Positions 1-13,225 are shown, numbered from the stretch's first letter. The stretch is 64,000 bases of DNA from the human T2T-CHM13v2.0 reference genome, Homo sapiens (GCF_009914755.1 NC_060931.1); one strand, 5' to 3'. Numbers and translations: made by a program. Notes: generated by a model not told the origin, from the sequence alone.

Positions 1-365
1 TAAAAATTAATTACATTTCTATACCTGCAATGAACAATTAGAAGATGAAATGATATGTTGTGTTTATAGGTGGAAAATTAAATATTGTTAAGATAGTGAT
101 ATTGCTAAGCTGAAGAAGTCAAATACAAAAGAATACCTATTTATTATACACTTACAAAATTTTGAAAAACACAAAAAATAGTGACAGAAAAACAAATCAG
201 TGATGGTCAGAGGTTGAGTGAGAATGGAGGGAGGAGGTCAACTGCAGAAGGACAGCAAGAAAATTTTAGAGTGAGGAGGGTGATCTCTCTCTTGGTTATG
301 GTGGTTACTACATGATCCTATAAAACTACCCCACTGAAAATGATGTAAACGTATTGAATATTATA
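1..365 (+). mobile_element. Old L1M (L1MC/L1ME-type) 3' end fragment
   Basis: Degenerate L1M 3'UTR motifs, e.g. GTGACAGAAAAACAAATCAGTGATGGTCAGAGG and TCTTGGTTATGGTGGTTACTACATGA; subfamily not resolved. Confidence 0.5.
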
Positions 366-807
366 ACTAAATGACAAAACTGGTAATACAAATATGAAAA
401 AGGTAAATAGGCATGAAACACTGAATTTACTATGATTTTTAATCAAAAATTTATAATTTCTTTATTTCCATAGTTTATGCAAAACAGGTGGTATTTGGTT
501 ACACGAATAAGTTATTTAGTGGTGATTTCTGAGGTTTCAGTGCACCCATCACCAAGCAGTGTATACTGTACCCAATGTGTAGTCTTTTGTACCTTACCCC
601 CTTCCCACCCTTCCCCCAGAGCCCCCAGAGTTCATTATATCATTCTTATGCTTTTGTATCCTTGTAGCTTAGCTCCCACTTATAAAAAAGTGAGAACATA
701 CGCTGCTTGGTTTTCTAAATTGCTTCACTTATAATAGTCTTCAACTCTATTCAGGTTGCTGCAAATGCCATTATTTCATTTTTTTATGGCTGAGTGGTAT
801 TCCATGA

Positions 808-1748
808 GATATATGTAGATATACATATAGATATATGTGTGTATATATATGATATATATACATATATGTGCATACATGTGTGTATATATACGATATATAT
901 ACATATATGTGCATACATATGTGTGTATATATACGATATATACATATATGTGTATACATGTGTATATATACTATATATGTGTATATATACTATATATGTG
1001 TATACATATGTGTGTATATATGATATATACATATATGTATACGTGTGTATATATGATACATACATATATGTATACATGTGTGTATATATGATACATACAT
1101 ATATGCGTATACATGTGTGTATACATGATACATACATATATGTGTATACACGTGTGTGTATACATGATATATACATATATGTGTATACACGTGTGTATAC
1201 ATGATATACACACACGTGTATACACGTGTGTATACATGATATACACACACGTGTATACACGTGTGTATACATGATATACACACACGTGTATACACGTGTG
1301 TATACATGATATACACACACGTGTATACACGTGTGTATACATGATATACACACACGTGTATACACGTGTGTATACATGATATACACACACGTGTGTATAT
1401 ATGATATATACATACGTGTATACATATGCGTATATATGATATATATACACATATATGTGTACACATATATGTGTGTATATGATATATATACATATATGTG
1501 TACACATATATGTGTGTGTATATGATATATATACATATATGTGTACACATATATGTGTGTGTATATGATATATATACATATATGTGTACACATATATGTG
1601 TGTGTATATGATATATATACATATATGTGTACACATATATGTGTGTATATGATATATATACATATATGTGTACACATATATGTGTGTGTATATGATATAT
1701 ATACATATATGTGTACACATATATGTGTGTATATATGATATATATATA
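808..1748. repeat. Alternating purine-pyrimidine (TA/CA/TG) minisatellite / VNTR
   Basis: Perfect 35-bp unit GTGTGTATACATGATATACACACACGTGTATACAC five times from 1191 plus a partial copy; related, longer ~40-45-bp units at ~1437-1748. Confidence 0.97.
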
Positions 1749-2179
1749 TTTTTTTAACATAAAGCAGTCTATTTTTCTTAAAAAGAAGGTACATGGTCAC
1801 AATCCAAAATGTTTTATACAGCTCTCAGCCTGGAAAATGCAATTAATGAAAAAGGCACTGTTTCTAGAACAGATAGAAAAAGAATAAATATGTCACCATT
1901 TACCCTGCACAGCTTTGAGTAACACCATAGGATCCTGTCACATGTTCAGGGTCAATTTTAAAAGCTTGAGAAGGTGAAGACATAGCAAGGTGATGTCGTA
2001 GACTAGCCAGGCTCCAAATGGAAGAGCTGTCTGTCCCTCCTCACTAACTGTCCTCTCTCTGTCACACAAGTGTCTGTCTCACTGTTCCTCTAGCAGATGT
2101 GGAAAGTGGCTGCTCAGTGAGTACTCAGCTCCCACCAGCCTGAGGGTCACACAACACCACGATGGGAAGTCACAAACGG
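1749..2179 (-). pseudogene. Probable retrocopy of an mRNA 3'UTR end (parent not identified)
   Basis: Non-L1 unique sequence interrupting the L1PB. The minus strand ends ...AAGAAAAATAGACTGCTTTATGTT-AAAAAAA (AATAAA-like AATAGA just upstream of an A tail); TATATATAT on both sides may be a blurred TSD. Confidence 0.6.
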
Positions 2180-4680
2180 TATATATATATGTGATATTTT
2201 TTTCTTTATTTTCTTTTATTTTCTTTATCCACTTGGTTGATAGGCATTTAGGCTGGTTCCATATTTTTCCATTTGTAATTTGTGCCCTACAAACATGCAT
2301 TTACAAGTGTCTTTTTCATAGAAAGACTTATTTTCCTCTGGGTAGATACCCAATAGTGGGATTGCTCGTTCAAATGGTAGTTCCACTTTTAGTTATTTAA
2401 GGAATCTCCATACCATTTTCCATAGTGGTAGTACTAGTTTACATTCCCACCAACACTGTAAAAGTGTTCCCTTTCACCTCGTCCACACAAACATCTATTT
2501 TTTTTTTAATTTTTAAATTATGGCTATTCTTGTAGGAGTAAGTTTGTATCACACTGTGGTTTCAATTTGCATTTCCTTGATAATTAGTGATGTTGAGCAT
2601 TTTTTTCATGTGTTTGTTGGCCATTTGTATATGTCCTTTAGAGAATTGTTTATTCATGTCCTTGGCCCACTTACTGATGTGATTATTTCCTTTTTGCTTG
2701 CTGATTTGTTTGAGTTCCTTGTAGATTCTGGATATTCATCTTTTGTCAGATGCATAGTTTGCGAAGATTTTTTCTTACTCTGTGAGTTGTCTGTTTACTC
2801 TGCTGATTATTTCTTTTGCTGTGCAGAAAGCTTAATTAACTCCAATCTATTTATCTTTGTTTTTGTTGCATTTGCTTTTGGGGGCCTGGTCATAAACTCT
2901 TTGCCTAAAACATGTCTACAGGGATTTTTCCAATGTTAGCTTCTATAATGTTTATTGTTTCAGGTCTTAGATTTAAGTTTTTGACCCATCTTGAGTTGAT
3001 TTTTGTATGAGGCAAGAAACAAAGATCCAGCTTCATTCTTCTGCATGTGGCTTGCCAATTAATTCAGCACCATTTGTTGAATAGGCTGTCCTTTTCCCAC
3101 TTTATGCTTTTATTTGCTTTGTTGAATATCAGTTGGCTATAAATATTTGGCTTTATTTCTGGGTTCTCTATTCTGTTCCATTGGTCTACATGCCTGTTTT
3201 TAATACCAGTACCATGCTGTTTTGGTAAGTATAGTTTTGTAGTACAGTTTGAAGCTGGATAATTTGATGCATCCAGATTTGTTCTTTTTACTTAGTCTTG
3301 CTTTGGCTATTTGGGCTCTTTTTTTAGTTCCGTATGAATTTTAGGATAGTTTTTTCTAGTTATGTGAAGAATGATACTGATATTTTGATGGGAATTGCAT
3401 TGAATTTATACAATTGGCTGTGTGGTCATTTTCACAATATTGATTCTACCTATCCATGAGCATGAAATGTGTTTCCATTTATTTGTGTCATCTATAATTT
3501 CTTTCAGAAGGGTTTCGTAGTTTTCATTGTACAGATCTTTCACCTCCTTGGTTAGGTATATTTCTAAGTATTTTAGTTATTTTGCTGCTGTTGTAAAAGG
3601 GGTTGAGTTCTTTATTTGATTCTTACCTTGGTTGCATTTTGGTATATAGAGATTTTTGGTTGAGTCTTCAGGGTTTTCTAGCTGTATGATCATCTTATTG
3701 GCAAACACAACAATTTGTAGCATTTATCATTTTGTTTCTAATGGAGGTTATATCAATCTTCTCTCTTCCTGGTTAATCTCACTAATCATCTATTAATTTG
3801 TTTCATTTATCTCTTTGTTTCATTTTTCTTTTGTATTGTTTTTTCTTGTTGTTCAATTTCGTTTAGTTCACCTCTGATCTTGGTTATTTATTTTCTTCTG
3901 CTGGGTTTGGGTTTGGTTTGATCTTGTTTCTCTAGTTCCTTGAAATGTGACCTTAGATTGTCTATTTGTGCTCTTTCAGACTTTTAATGTAGGCACTTAA
4001 TGATATGAAATTTCCTCTTAGCACCGATTTTGCTGTATCCAAAAGATTTGGAAAGGTTGTTTTACTCTTATCATTTAGTTCAAATAATTTTTAAATATTC
4101 ATCTTGATTTCAGTGTTGACCCAAGGATCATTCAGGAGCAGATTATTTAATTTCCATGAATTTGTACAGTTTTGACGGTTCCTTTTGGAGTTAATTTCTA
4201 ATTTAATTTCGCTGTGGTCTCCCACTATTGTTATGTAGATGTCTCATTTCTTAGATCTAGTAGTAATTGTTTTATAAATTTGGGAGCTCCAGTGTTAGGT
4301 GCATATATATTTAGAATCATGATATTTTCCTGTTGGACTAGTCCTTTTATCATTATATAATGTTCCTCTTTCTTTTTTAACTGTTGTTTCTTTAAAGTCT
4401 GTTTTGTCTGATATAAGAATAGCTACTCCTGTTTGCTTTTGGTTTCTATTTGCATGGAATATCTTTTTTCACCACTTTATGTTAAGTTTATGTGAGACCT
4501 TATGTGTTAGGTGAGTCTCCTAAAGACAGCAGATATGTGGTTCCTGGAGTTTTATCCATTCTGCCATGTTGCATCTTTTAAGTGGAGCATTTAAGCCATT
4601 TACATTCAACGTTAATATTGACATATGAAGTACTATTCTATTCATCATGCTAATTGTGACCTGAATATCTTGGATTTTTT

Positions 4681-5268
4681 TCATTGTGTTGTTGTTTTAT
4701 AGGCCTTGTGAGATTTGTGCTTTAAGGAGGTTCTATTTTTGGTGCATTTGAGGTTTGTTTCAAGCTTTAGAACTCCTTTTAGCATTTTTTGTAGTTCTGG
4801 CTTGGTAGTGGTGAATTCTCTCAGCATTTGTTTTTCTGAAAAATAATTTATCCCTCCATTCATGAAGCTCAGTTTCACTGGGTACAAAATTTTTGGCTGA
4901 TAATCATTTTGTTTAAGGAGGCTAAAAATGGGACCCAATCCCTTCTGGCTTGTAGGCTTTCCTGTTGAGAAATCTGCTATTAATCTGATAAGTTTTCTTT
5001 TGTAGGTTATCTGATGCTTTTGCCTCCCAGTTCTTAAGATTATTTCCTTCACCTTGACTTTACATCATCTGATGACTACGTGCCTAGTCGACGATATTTT
5101 TGTAACAAATTTCCTGGGTGTTCTCTGCACTTCCTGTATTTGGATGTCTAGATCTCTAGCAAGACCAGTGAAGTTTTCCTCAATTATTCCTTCAAATATG
5201 TTTTCCAAACCTTTAAATTTATCTTTCTTCTCAGAAACATCAATTATTCTTGTTTGGTTGTTAAACAT
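4681..5268 (-). pseudogene. L1 ORF1p remnant (broken)
   Basis: ORF track 5065-5268 (LENIFEGIIEENFTGLARDLDIQIQEVQRTP) and 4681-5052 (YQPKILYPVKLSF...KQMLREFTTTKPELQKMLKGVL) resemble L1 ORF1p. Confidence 0.88.
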
Positions 5269-5573
5269 AATGCCACATTTTTAAAGGCTTTGTTCATTTT
5301 TTAAATCTTTTTTTCTTTGTCTTTGTTGGATTGGATTAATTCAAAAGCCTTTACTTAGAGATCTGAAGTCCCTTCTTCTATGTGTTTGATTCTATTGTTG
5401 AATCTTTCCAGTGTGTGATGCATATCTCTAAGTTTTTCCTTCATTTCCAGAAGTTATGATTGCCTTTTCTTTATGACATCTATTTCTCTGGGGATTTTTT
5501 CATCCATATCCTATATTCTTTTTAAATTTCTTTAAGCTGATTTTCAACTTTCTCTGGTACTTCCTTGAGTATT

Positions 5574-5930
5574 TGTATTAGTTTGTTTTCACACTCCTAT
5601 AAAGCATTACCTGAGACTGGGTAGTTTATAAAGGAAAGAGGTTTAATTGACCCACAGTTTTGCATGTCGGGTGAGGCCTCAGGAAACTTATAATCATGAT
5701 GGAAGAAGAGGGGGAAGCAAGGCTCATCTTACATGGCAGCAGGAGGCAGGAGGGAACTGCCAAACACTTTTAAACTATCAGATCTCATGAGAACTCACTC
5801 ACTGTAGTGAGAATAGCATAGAGGGAATAGCCCACATGATCCAATCACCTCCCACCAGGTCCTTCCCTCAGTACATGGGGATTACAATTTGTGATGAGAT
5901 TTGAGTGGGAACACAGAGCCAAACTATATA
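5574..5930 (-). mobile_element. MaLR solo LTR (MSTA-type) inserted in L1PB
   Basis: TGTATTAGTTTGTTTTCACAC...ACACAGAGCCAAACTATATA; approximate TSD AGTAT/AGTAG. Confidence 0.9.
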
Positions 5931-7754
5931 AGTAGCTTAATAGTCAACATTATGAATTCTTTATCTGCCAATTCACAGATTTCTTCTTGGCTTGGATCCA
6001 TTGGTGGAGAGCTAGTGTGATCTTTTGGAGGTTTATAGAAACTTGTTTTGTCATATTACCAGAATTACTTTTTCTGGTTCCTTCTCATTTGGGTAGGGTG
6101 ATTCAGTGAAAAGATCTGAAACTTAAGGGCTGCTGTTCAGATTATTTTGTCACATGGGGTGATCCCTTGACGTGGTGCTTTCCCCTTTCCCCGAGGTATG
6201 GGGCTTCCTGAGAACCAGACTGCAGTGATTATTACTGTCCTTCTGGTTCTAGCCACCCACTGGGGCTACCAGGCTCTGGGCTAGTGCTGGGGAATGTCTG
6301 CAGAGAGTCTTCGATGTGATCTGTCTTCAGTTCTCCCAGCCATGGATACCAGCACCTGCTCTGGTGGAGGTGGCAGGGGAGTGAAGTGGACTCTGTAGGA
6401 GTCCTTGGTTGTAGTTGTGTTTAGTGCTCTGGTTTTCTCAAATGCTGGACAAACTCAGGACCTCTGGTTAGCCAGGGTAATGCAGGCAGTGGAATTAGCT
6501 GTTTTTTTCTTCTTCTTTGGAGCAGGGTTGTTCTGTTATGAGTTGCTGTAATGGCTTGAGATGGTTGGCCTCCAGTCAGGAGGTGCTGCTTTCAAGAAAG
6601 CACCAGCAGCTGTGGTAGAAGAGGGATATAAGCTTGCCCTACATTGGATAGGATAAGTACTTACGTTTCTCAGGCAATGGTGGGGCCATAGAGCTCCCAA
6701 AAGCTTCTGTCTTTTGTCTTTGGCTACCAGGGAGGGTAGAGAAAAATGATCAGGTGGGGGCAGGGTTAGGTGTGTCTGAACTCAGATTTCTCCTTCAGTG
6801 GGGCTTGCTGTGGCCACTGCTGGGCGGGGGGGTGGTGGGGAGGTGGGAATAGCAGGTGGTTCTCAAGCCAATACAGTTATGTTCCCAAGGGGATTATGGC
6901 TGCCTCTGCTATGTTATACAGGTCACTAGGGAAGTGGGGGAAAGCCGGCAGTGACAGGCCTCACGCAGCTCCCATGCAGCCAACAAGGCCAGTCTCATTC
7001 CCACTGTGCTCAACCAACAGTGCTGAGTTTATATCCAGGCATCTGGGGAGCAGGACTGAGATCTTCTCCCAGGCTACAACCCTCTCCACTGAGAAAGCAA
7101 GCAGGGTTCTCAGGCCTTGCCCCTCCCCATCTGCCTGCACCATTGGCTGTGGCATCTGAGCTCATATCTGCATTTCCCGCTTGCACTTCCTGGATTCTGC
7201 TCAGGGAAATTCATGCTCATTCAAAATTATTATGAAATTCAGCTAGAAGCTTCCTTCACCCTGTGGCTCTTCCCCAGTTCTCCTGGCTGCCTTTCTGAAG
7301 GACTCTTGTGAGATAAAACCACTGATGGTTTCCCTGGGCTTGAGCTGGGGACTGGGAATGCCTACAGGGCTCTTCCAGCTGTTTCTTCTACTTTTATATT
7401 TTGCTTGGCTCTCTAAATCCATATCAGCTCTAGGTAATATTAAATCCTTCTCCCATGATCTGGATTTTCAGGTTCCCCAGTGAAGATGTGTGTTCGGAGG
7501 CAGGTTTTTCCCTCTCTCACTCTTTGGGAACTCAGTTTTCAACTGGCTGAGTTTTCAGCAGCAAGCCACTTCTTTCAAATGGTCTGTGAATTCTTTCAGT
7601 TTTCCTGGTATGTTCCTGTGTTGGTTCTTGGAGCAAAAGCTTCAAGTCTAATACAACTGTATGAGTCTCCAGATGCTGTTCTCCATCCAAATGGGAGTTG
7701 CACGTTAGTCCTGTCTTCTATCTGCTGTTTTCCCTCCAGAATCTAAAATTTATG

Positions 7755-8059
7755 TTTTTTTGTTTTTTTTTTTTTTTTTTTTGAGATAGATTCTTGCTCT
7801 GTCACCCAGGCTGGAGTGCAGTGGCACGATCTTGGCCTCACAGCAACCTCCACCTCCCGGGGTCAAGTGATTCTCCTGCCTCAGCCTCCCCAGTAGCTGG
7901 GACTACAGGCAAGTGCCACCACGCCCAGCTAATTTTTGTATTTTTAGTAGAGATGGGGTTTCACATGTTGGCCAGGATGATCTCGATCTCCTGTCCTCAT
8001 GATCCTGCCTCGGCCTCCCAAAGTACTGGGATTACAGGTGTGAGCCATCAAGCCCGGCC
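7755..8059 (-). mobile_element. AluS (Sc-like)
   Basis: Poly-T followed by full dimer ending AGCCCGGCC; inserted at the L1PB 5' TSD. Confidence 0.95.
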
Positions 8060-8329
8060 TATGAATTTTTTAATGTAACAAAATTTGAGTGGAGAAGGTA
8101 CCTTTTTATTAAATTCTCTCAACTTAAAAATTTATATAGAGTTTGAGAGATCACGCAGGTATGATAATGAGTATTGTCATTGAGTAAAAACTATTTAGAA
8201 ATGATTTAGAACATTCAATAAAATTGCAATTAGAGGCATAATTCATACAACTGTGCAAAGAAATGCAACTGTGTGTGATTTTTACTTGAATAAATTATTA
8301 ATAGAGAATTACAAAATAGTGCTTTTCTC

Positions 8330-9700
8330 ACTCTATTACTTATTCTACACTTTTCATTTCTCATGTTGCTGCAAAGAAGAGCTTTTGTCCTTCCCCCATT
8401 TAAGTGTGTATGTATATAGTATTTTCTTAGTAACACCTGACTCATGGATTTTTTTTAATTCAATATATTAAATTGACAAAGTTAAACATATATTTTTAAC
8501 TTGTATTTATATCTTTAACATATAAATATGTTTTAACATATAAATATATTTAACTTAGCCAGTGTGAACTTCCTGAAGTCTGGCTCCTATGTACTTTTGA
8601 AATTATTTACCAATATTTTACAAGTATGGTATGGTTTGGCTCTGTGTCCTCACCCAACCCTCATCTTGAATTATAATCCCCAAGTGTCGAGGGAGAGACT
8701 TGTAATCCCCATGTGGTCAAGGGAGGGATGTGATTGGATCATGGAGGCAGTTTCCCCATGCTGTTCTCATTATAAAGAGTGAGTTCTCACGAGATCTGAT
8801 GGTTTTATAAGGTATTTTTCCTGCTCTTGCTCACTGTCTCTCACCTGCCACCATATAAGACATGCCTACTTCCTCTTCCACTGTGATTGTAAGTTTCCTG
8901 AGGCCTCCCCAGTCACACAGAACTGTGAGTCAATTAAACCTCTTTTCTTTATAAATTATCCATTCTCAAGCAGTTCTTTATAGCAGTGTGAAATCAGACT
9001 AATAGAGAGTACTATCTTACTTTCTGAAACAAAAAGATCTCCCAGATCCATCCATTTCTCCTTTCCCAACCCTAGAATCATCATGCAAGGGAATGGCTTT
9101 AATAGAGCATAGTACTTAGAAACCAAGATTTGGAAAACAGGTGTATTCACTATGTGGTTCTGTATATATAGTTATTTATATATAGTTCACTTGCAGGTTC
9201 ACTAGTTCATCCTGATGCCTCAAATTTTAGTCTAATACAACAAGGCTCTGCCTCTCCTTTCTCAATTTCTTTCCTTGGTTGTAACCCACTTTATCCTACA
9301 GCAAAAACCCTGACTCCAAAGAGCAGCAATATGTTTACTCATTTGCTAGATTGTATACTACACACACCCACATATACACACACAATAGCTTTAGAATATA
9401 CAAAGTAATGTTCAAGACATTTTTCTATTTTTTTTTCTTTCTATCTTTGGACTGAGCTTATACTATGGAAGTGCTTAGAGTAGTTTATTTTGTTCCTACA
9501 TGTTGTTATCATTTGGATATACAGTTAGTTTCATGTATTTTTTGCTTGTTTTAAATTTATAGTTGTTACCATCCCACTGATTACATTTATTTTTAAACTA
9601 GGCAAAGCCTTTGCATGGCTTGAAAAGACAAAACCCTTCAGATACATACATATACACACACCCAGAGTGAATTGTGTGTACATTCCCCCGTTCTTCTTTG
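8330..9700 (-). mobile_element. Old L1MC-type 3'UTR fragment, split by an MSTA LTR
   Basis: Motifs GAAGAGCTTTTGTCCTTCCCCCATT, TGGCTCCTATGTACTTTTGA and TAGAAACCAAGATTTGG, typical of L1MC4/5 3' regions. Confidence 0.55.
8627..9006 (+). mobile_element. MaLR solo LTR (MSTA-type)
   Basis: TGGTATGGTTTGGCTCTGTGTCC...GTGAGTCAATTAAACC...CAGACTAATAGA; TSD AAGTA/GAGTA. Confidence 0.92.
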
Positions 9701-9929
9701 GGCCCATTCTATAGATAATAAACTTTATTAATTTTTTGTTTATTCATCATCTTGTGTTCTTTTTTAAAAGTAAGCATATGTATGTGCACACACACACACA
9801 CTGGAAATCACTCATCAGTTTTTAAAACAGCTGCTGTTTCTGGATTCTGGCAACAACAACAACAACAAAAAACCAAAAACAAAAAACATCTGCCATGGTG
9901 CTATGTTGAATAGCAGTAAAATAGTTCAA

Positions 9930-11080
9930 TCAACTATTTTTTTATGTTTGGGCATTTAGGTTGTTTTTTATATTCTGGAATTACAAATAATTCCACAGTG
10001 GATAATATTGTGTACATGAATGTGTTTTGCATGATTGGAAGTGTGTCTTTATGCTTAATTCATAGAATAGGTATGTCAAAAATGTTTCTTTCTTGCTGTT
10101 GTTTAGATTTTTCTGTAATTTTATTTTTTCCTTTCCTCTATCTTTTCTTCTTTTGGTAACTTTTTTTGGCAAAATAGACAAACCTTAAGTGTTAGTACAA
10201 TACATTTCTTAAAATTATATTCCAATATCCAACACATAATATAGAACACTTCCATTACTCTAGAGATTTCTCTCATGCCCCTTTTTGGAAAATTTACCCC
10301 CTTCCACAGGCAACCATTTTCAGACTTCACTTGGAATAATGTTTTTTTAGATAGAACCATATTGATGTGTATATTAATATTCCATTTGTTTTCATTCAAC
10401 ATGGTGTTATTGAGATTCATCCAAGTTTTTGTGTGCATCAGTAACCCATTCCTTTTCAATGCTAAGTATTATTTTATTGTATGGATATACCATAAGTTAT
10501 GTATTGATTTTTAATTGACTATTCTTTGTGCTGTATCCAATTTTTGGCTACTATAAATAAGGCTAGTGTGAGCATTCTTATAAAAGATTTTTGAGGACCT
10601 ATATTATCATTTCTCTTGGATAAGTATATAGAAATATAATTAGGTGAATATGTAAGGGTGATTATATTGTAAAAGCATGTTTCCTTTACAGAAATTGCTA
10701 GCTTTTCAAATTGTGTACCACTTTTCACTCCTAGCAGCATTTGAGTGTTCTAGCTGCTCTGGGTTTTTTGTCAATATTTACTATTGCCAGTCTTTAATTT
10801 TAGCCATTTTAGTATATTTTTAGTTTACCTTCCCTAATAACTAATAATGATGAACGACTTTGAATGTGCCTGCTGGTTTTTGCATATCTCTTCTTTGAAG
10901 CATCTATATAAATCTTTATGCCCATTTTTATTGGACAGTTTGCCTTTCTATGGTTATCTGTAGGAGTTCATTATACAGACCAGATACAAATCCTTTGCCA
11001 GATAAATGTAATGTGAATTTTTCTTATTTCATTATGTGGGTTGCCTATTTATCTTCTTAATGTTGTCTTTTAATTTAATT
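9930..11080 (-). mobile_element. Old L1ME-type 3' fragments
   Basis: GGGCATTTAGGTTGTTT and TTGAGATTCATCCAAGTT...ATGGATATACCATAAG; ORFs 10121-10459 and 10519-10740 resemble the degenerate L1 3' end. Confidence 0.65.
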
Positions 11081-13225
11081 CTTTGCTTTATCTCTGAAAG
11101 CCTGGTTTGGATTTCTCCCATAGAGTATTATATAGTGCAATGACTTTGGCAGTTTCTCAGAAAATAGAAAGGCAGATGAGGGAAGCCTGTGCACAGGTTC
11201 ACTCCTGATTAATCTTGGAAATGTAGAACCACTTACATTCAAGTTGCCATGGTCCTGAAGTAACTTCTGACCCCGTGGAATTGTCCAAGTGACCCTCAGC
11301 AGTCTGAGAGAAATGTGAATATATTTCTCCTTGTTGAATTACTAAAATAAACTTACTAGTTTTAAAGCACTGCTCATAAATTTGCATATTTAATGTTAAA
11401 TGATTGTTGTAACCACGCATTATATAATTATCAAAAATAAATAAAATAATATAGAGGTTTCTTTTTCAGTAAGCATATTATTATTTTTTCTTTCAACTTA
11501 CCAAAAAACAAAAAAAGGAAGATTTAAGTGTTCATTAATAAGTCACTGTGTTTTTATGGGATTAGCTTCAGCAATACGAGCTATTTTTTTTTTAATCACC
11601 AAACTTTTTATTATATACAGCCATGGTCACAGCTGGATTTGCCCTTTGTGTCCTCCAAGCTGGACTACTGTGAGGAATTCTAATCAAGTGTTTCTTGAAG
11701 AACTACTCATAAGTTTCCAGAGCTGCAACCAGGGAGAACACAGCAGAGAGCTTGTTAACTGCTTCTGATTGCTAACGATGTGTGCCCTGAGGGAACAGTG
11801 AGAAGCTCTGTCTCTGAATAATGCCTCCAGCTATTTAAACCTCCCAAGGTGCTTCATTTGATAGTAATAGCTGAATCAAAACTTATTTACTGAAAATCCT
11901 CTTTCAGTCACTTAAAGACGAAGAATTTTAAAACTTTTTTAGAAGGCCCCTATCATATCTGGAGATTTTCCATTTTATATCCTTTGTCCATTTGAATTTG
12001 AAAATCAGGGTCAAGTCAGTCCAGAACAGAAAGCCTACACATATTTCTGTTTCATTTTCTTTTTAACCTCAGTAACTGCAAAGTATCGGTATCTACTCTT
12101 TACATGCTTACACAAAAATATACATATACTCTTAGTACCATTAACCTTAAATATCGATCTCTTTAAGATATACACATACATATTTATGTTTATATGTAAT
12201 GTAAACATAATATCATGTGCATATAAATTGCAAAGATCAACAATCAAAATTACATCCCCAAATGGAAGAAATTAATGATGTTAAGTATAACACATTTTGG
12301 CACAGCTATCCCTTTGAAGCCATTTTATGTCATAGTTCACAGACCGTAAAGTTAAGTATTTATAGCCTATGCCTTGCTTAGCCCTTCCATGAATGAGGAG
12401 AGAAGAAATGCAAAAGTAAAGTCTTTCCTCTAACAAATATTTTACAAGGCTGCTAACAAGAAGTCACATAGAGAATAGAATTTTATCTCAGCTCACATGC
12501 TTTGTTCAGGCTCAGACTCTGATGCTAATGAGCACACCACAGCCAGAAGGTCAGCAGCAAGAGCCCTGGAATGAGAAGTGAGGGTCCCAAAAGATGGAAA
12601 AATTTGAATAATTGGTTCTAGAACACTCAAGAAGATATTGTCATTTTAGTATATGTGAGTATAACATACTTACACTCTGTCTTCAATAAATAATGCAGCT
12701 CAAGTTAACAAAGTAGTTCTTTCATCCACTTTACAAGGTTATGAATCTTTTTTGTGTTTTGTGGTAAACAAAGCATGCTAGTCAATTGATAGATTGCTAA
12801 CTAAATACTATATCTCTGAAACTGTATGCTTGTAAATTATATTCGCAGATATCGTTTAAACCATTTTGCTATTTTTTTCTGTTATAATGGAGAAAATTTA
12901 GGTTTAGAGAATTTCTGTAGCTCTAAATTTTACACAGTAAGAATCAGGTTATAGATTCAAACATGCTTATAAATTATATTTATGATAACTTTATTTATAT
13001 AAATAAACTCTATTTGTAAAAACCATATAATGATAATGGTCAAAGTCAGTTATTCCATAGTTAAGATATTGGCAAAGGGAAATTATCAGAGATTCATGGG
13101 TTGAGGGGTTAAGAGTATTGCCCATAAAATTGCCCCTGAAAGGCATGAGAAATGGCTGAAATTTTTGGATCTCGTCTAGCAGATAGACAAAGAACTGGGA
13201 TTTCTAAGTAATGTGTATTATAAGG

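Larger units (their letters stand above)
456..7739 (-). mobile_element. Full-length (5'UTR to 3' end) L1PB-family LINE-1, internally deleted, with nested insertions
   Basis: L1PB 3' end at 456-807 (CAGGTGGTATTTGGTTACACGAATAAG...), ORF2 remnants ~2220-4600, ORF1 remnants 4681-5570, GC-richer 5'UTR ~6100-7739. Degenerate TSD AATCAAAAATTTATA (441-455) / AATCTAAAATTTATG (7740-7754). Confidence 0.9.

Noticed and set aside
1191-1748. CRISPR-like array of ~35-bp palindromic repeats
   Set aside because: Units are head-to-tail with no unique spacers, there are no cas genes, and the context is primate DNA
771-1800. Long overlapping ORFs up to 338 aa rich in Y/I/H/T/V/C/M
   Set aside because: They are translations of the TA/CA/TG VNTR, which lacks stops in several frames
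7794-8078. Alu-derived ORFs (also 28819, 31284-31632, 32347-32678, 41852-42225, 42800-43011, 53119, 54628)
   Set aside because: These are typical Alu translations with no independent coding evidence
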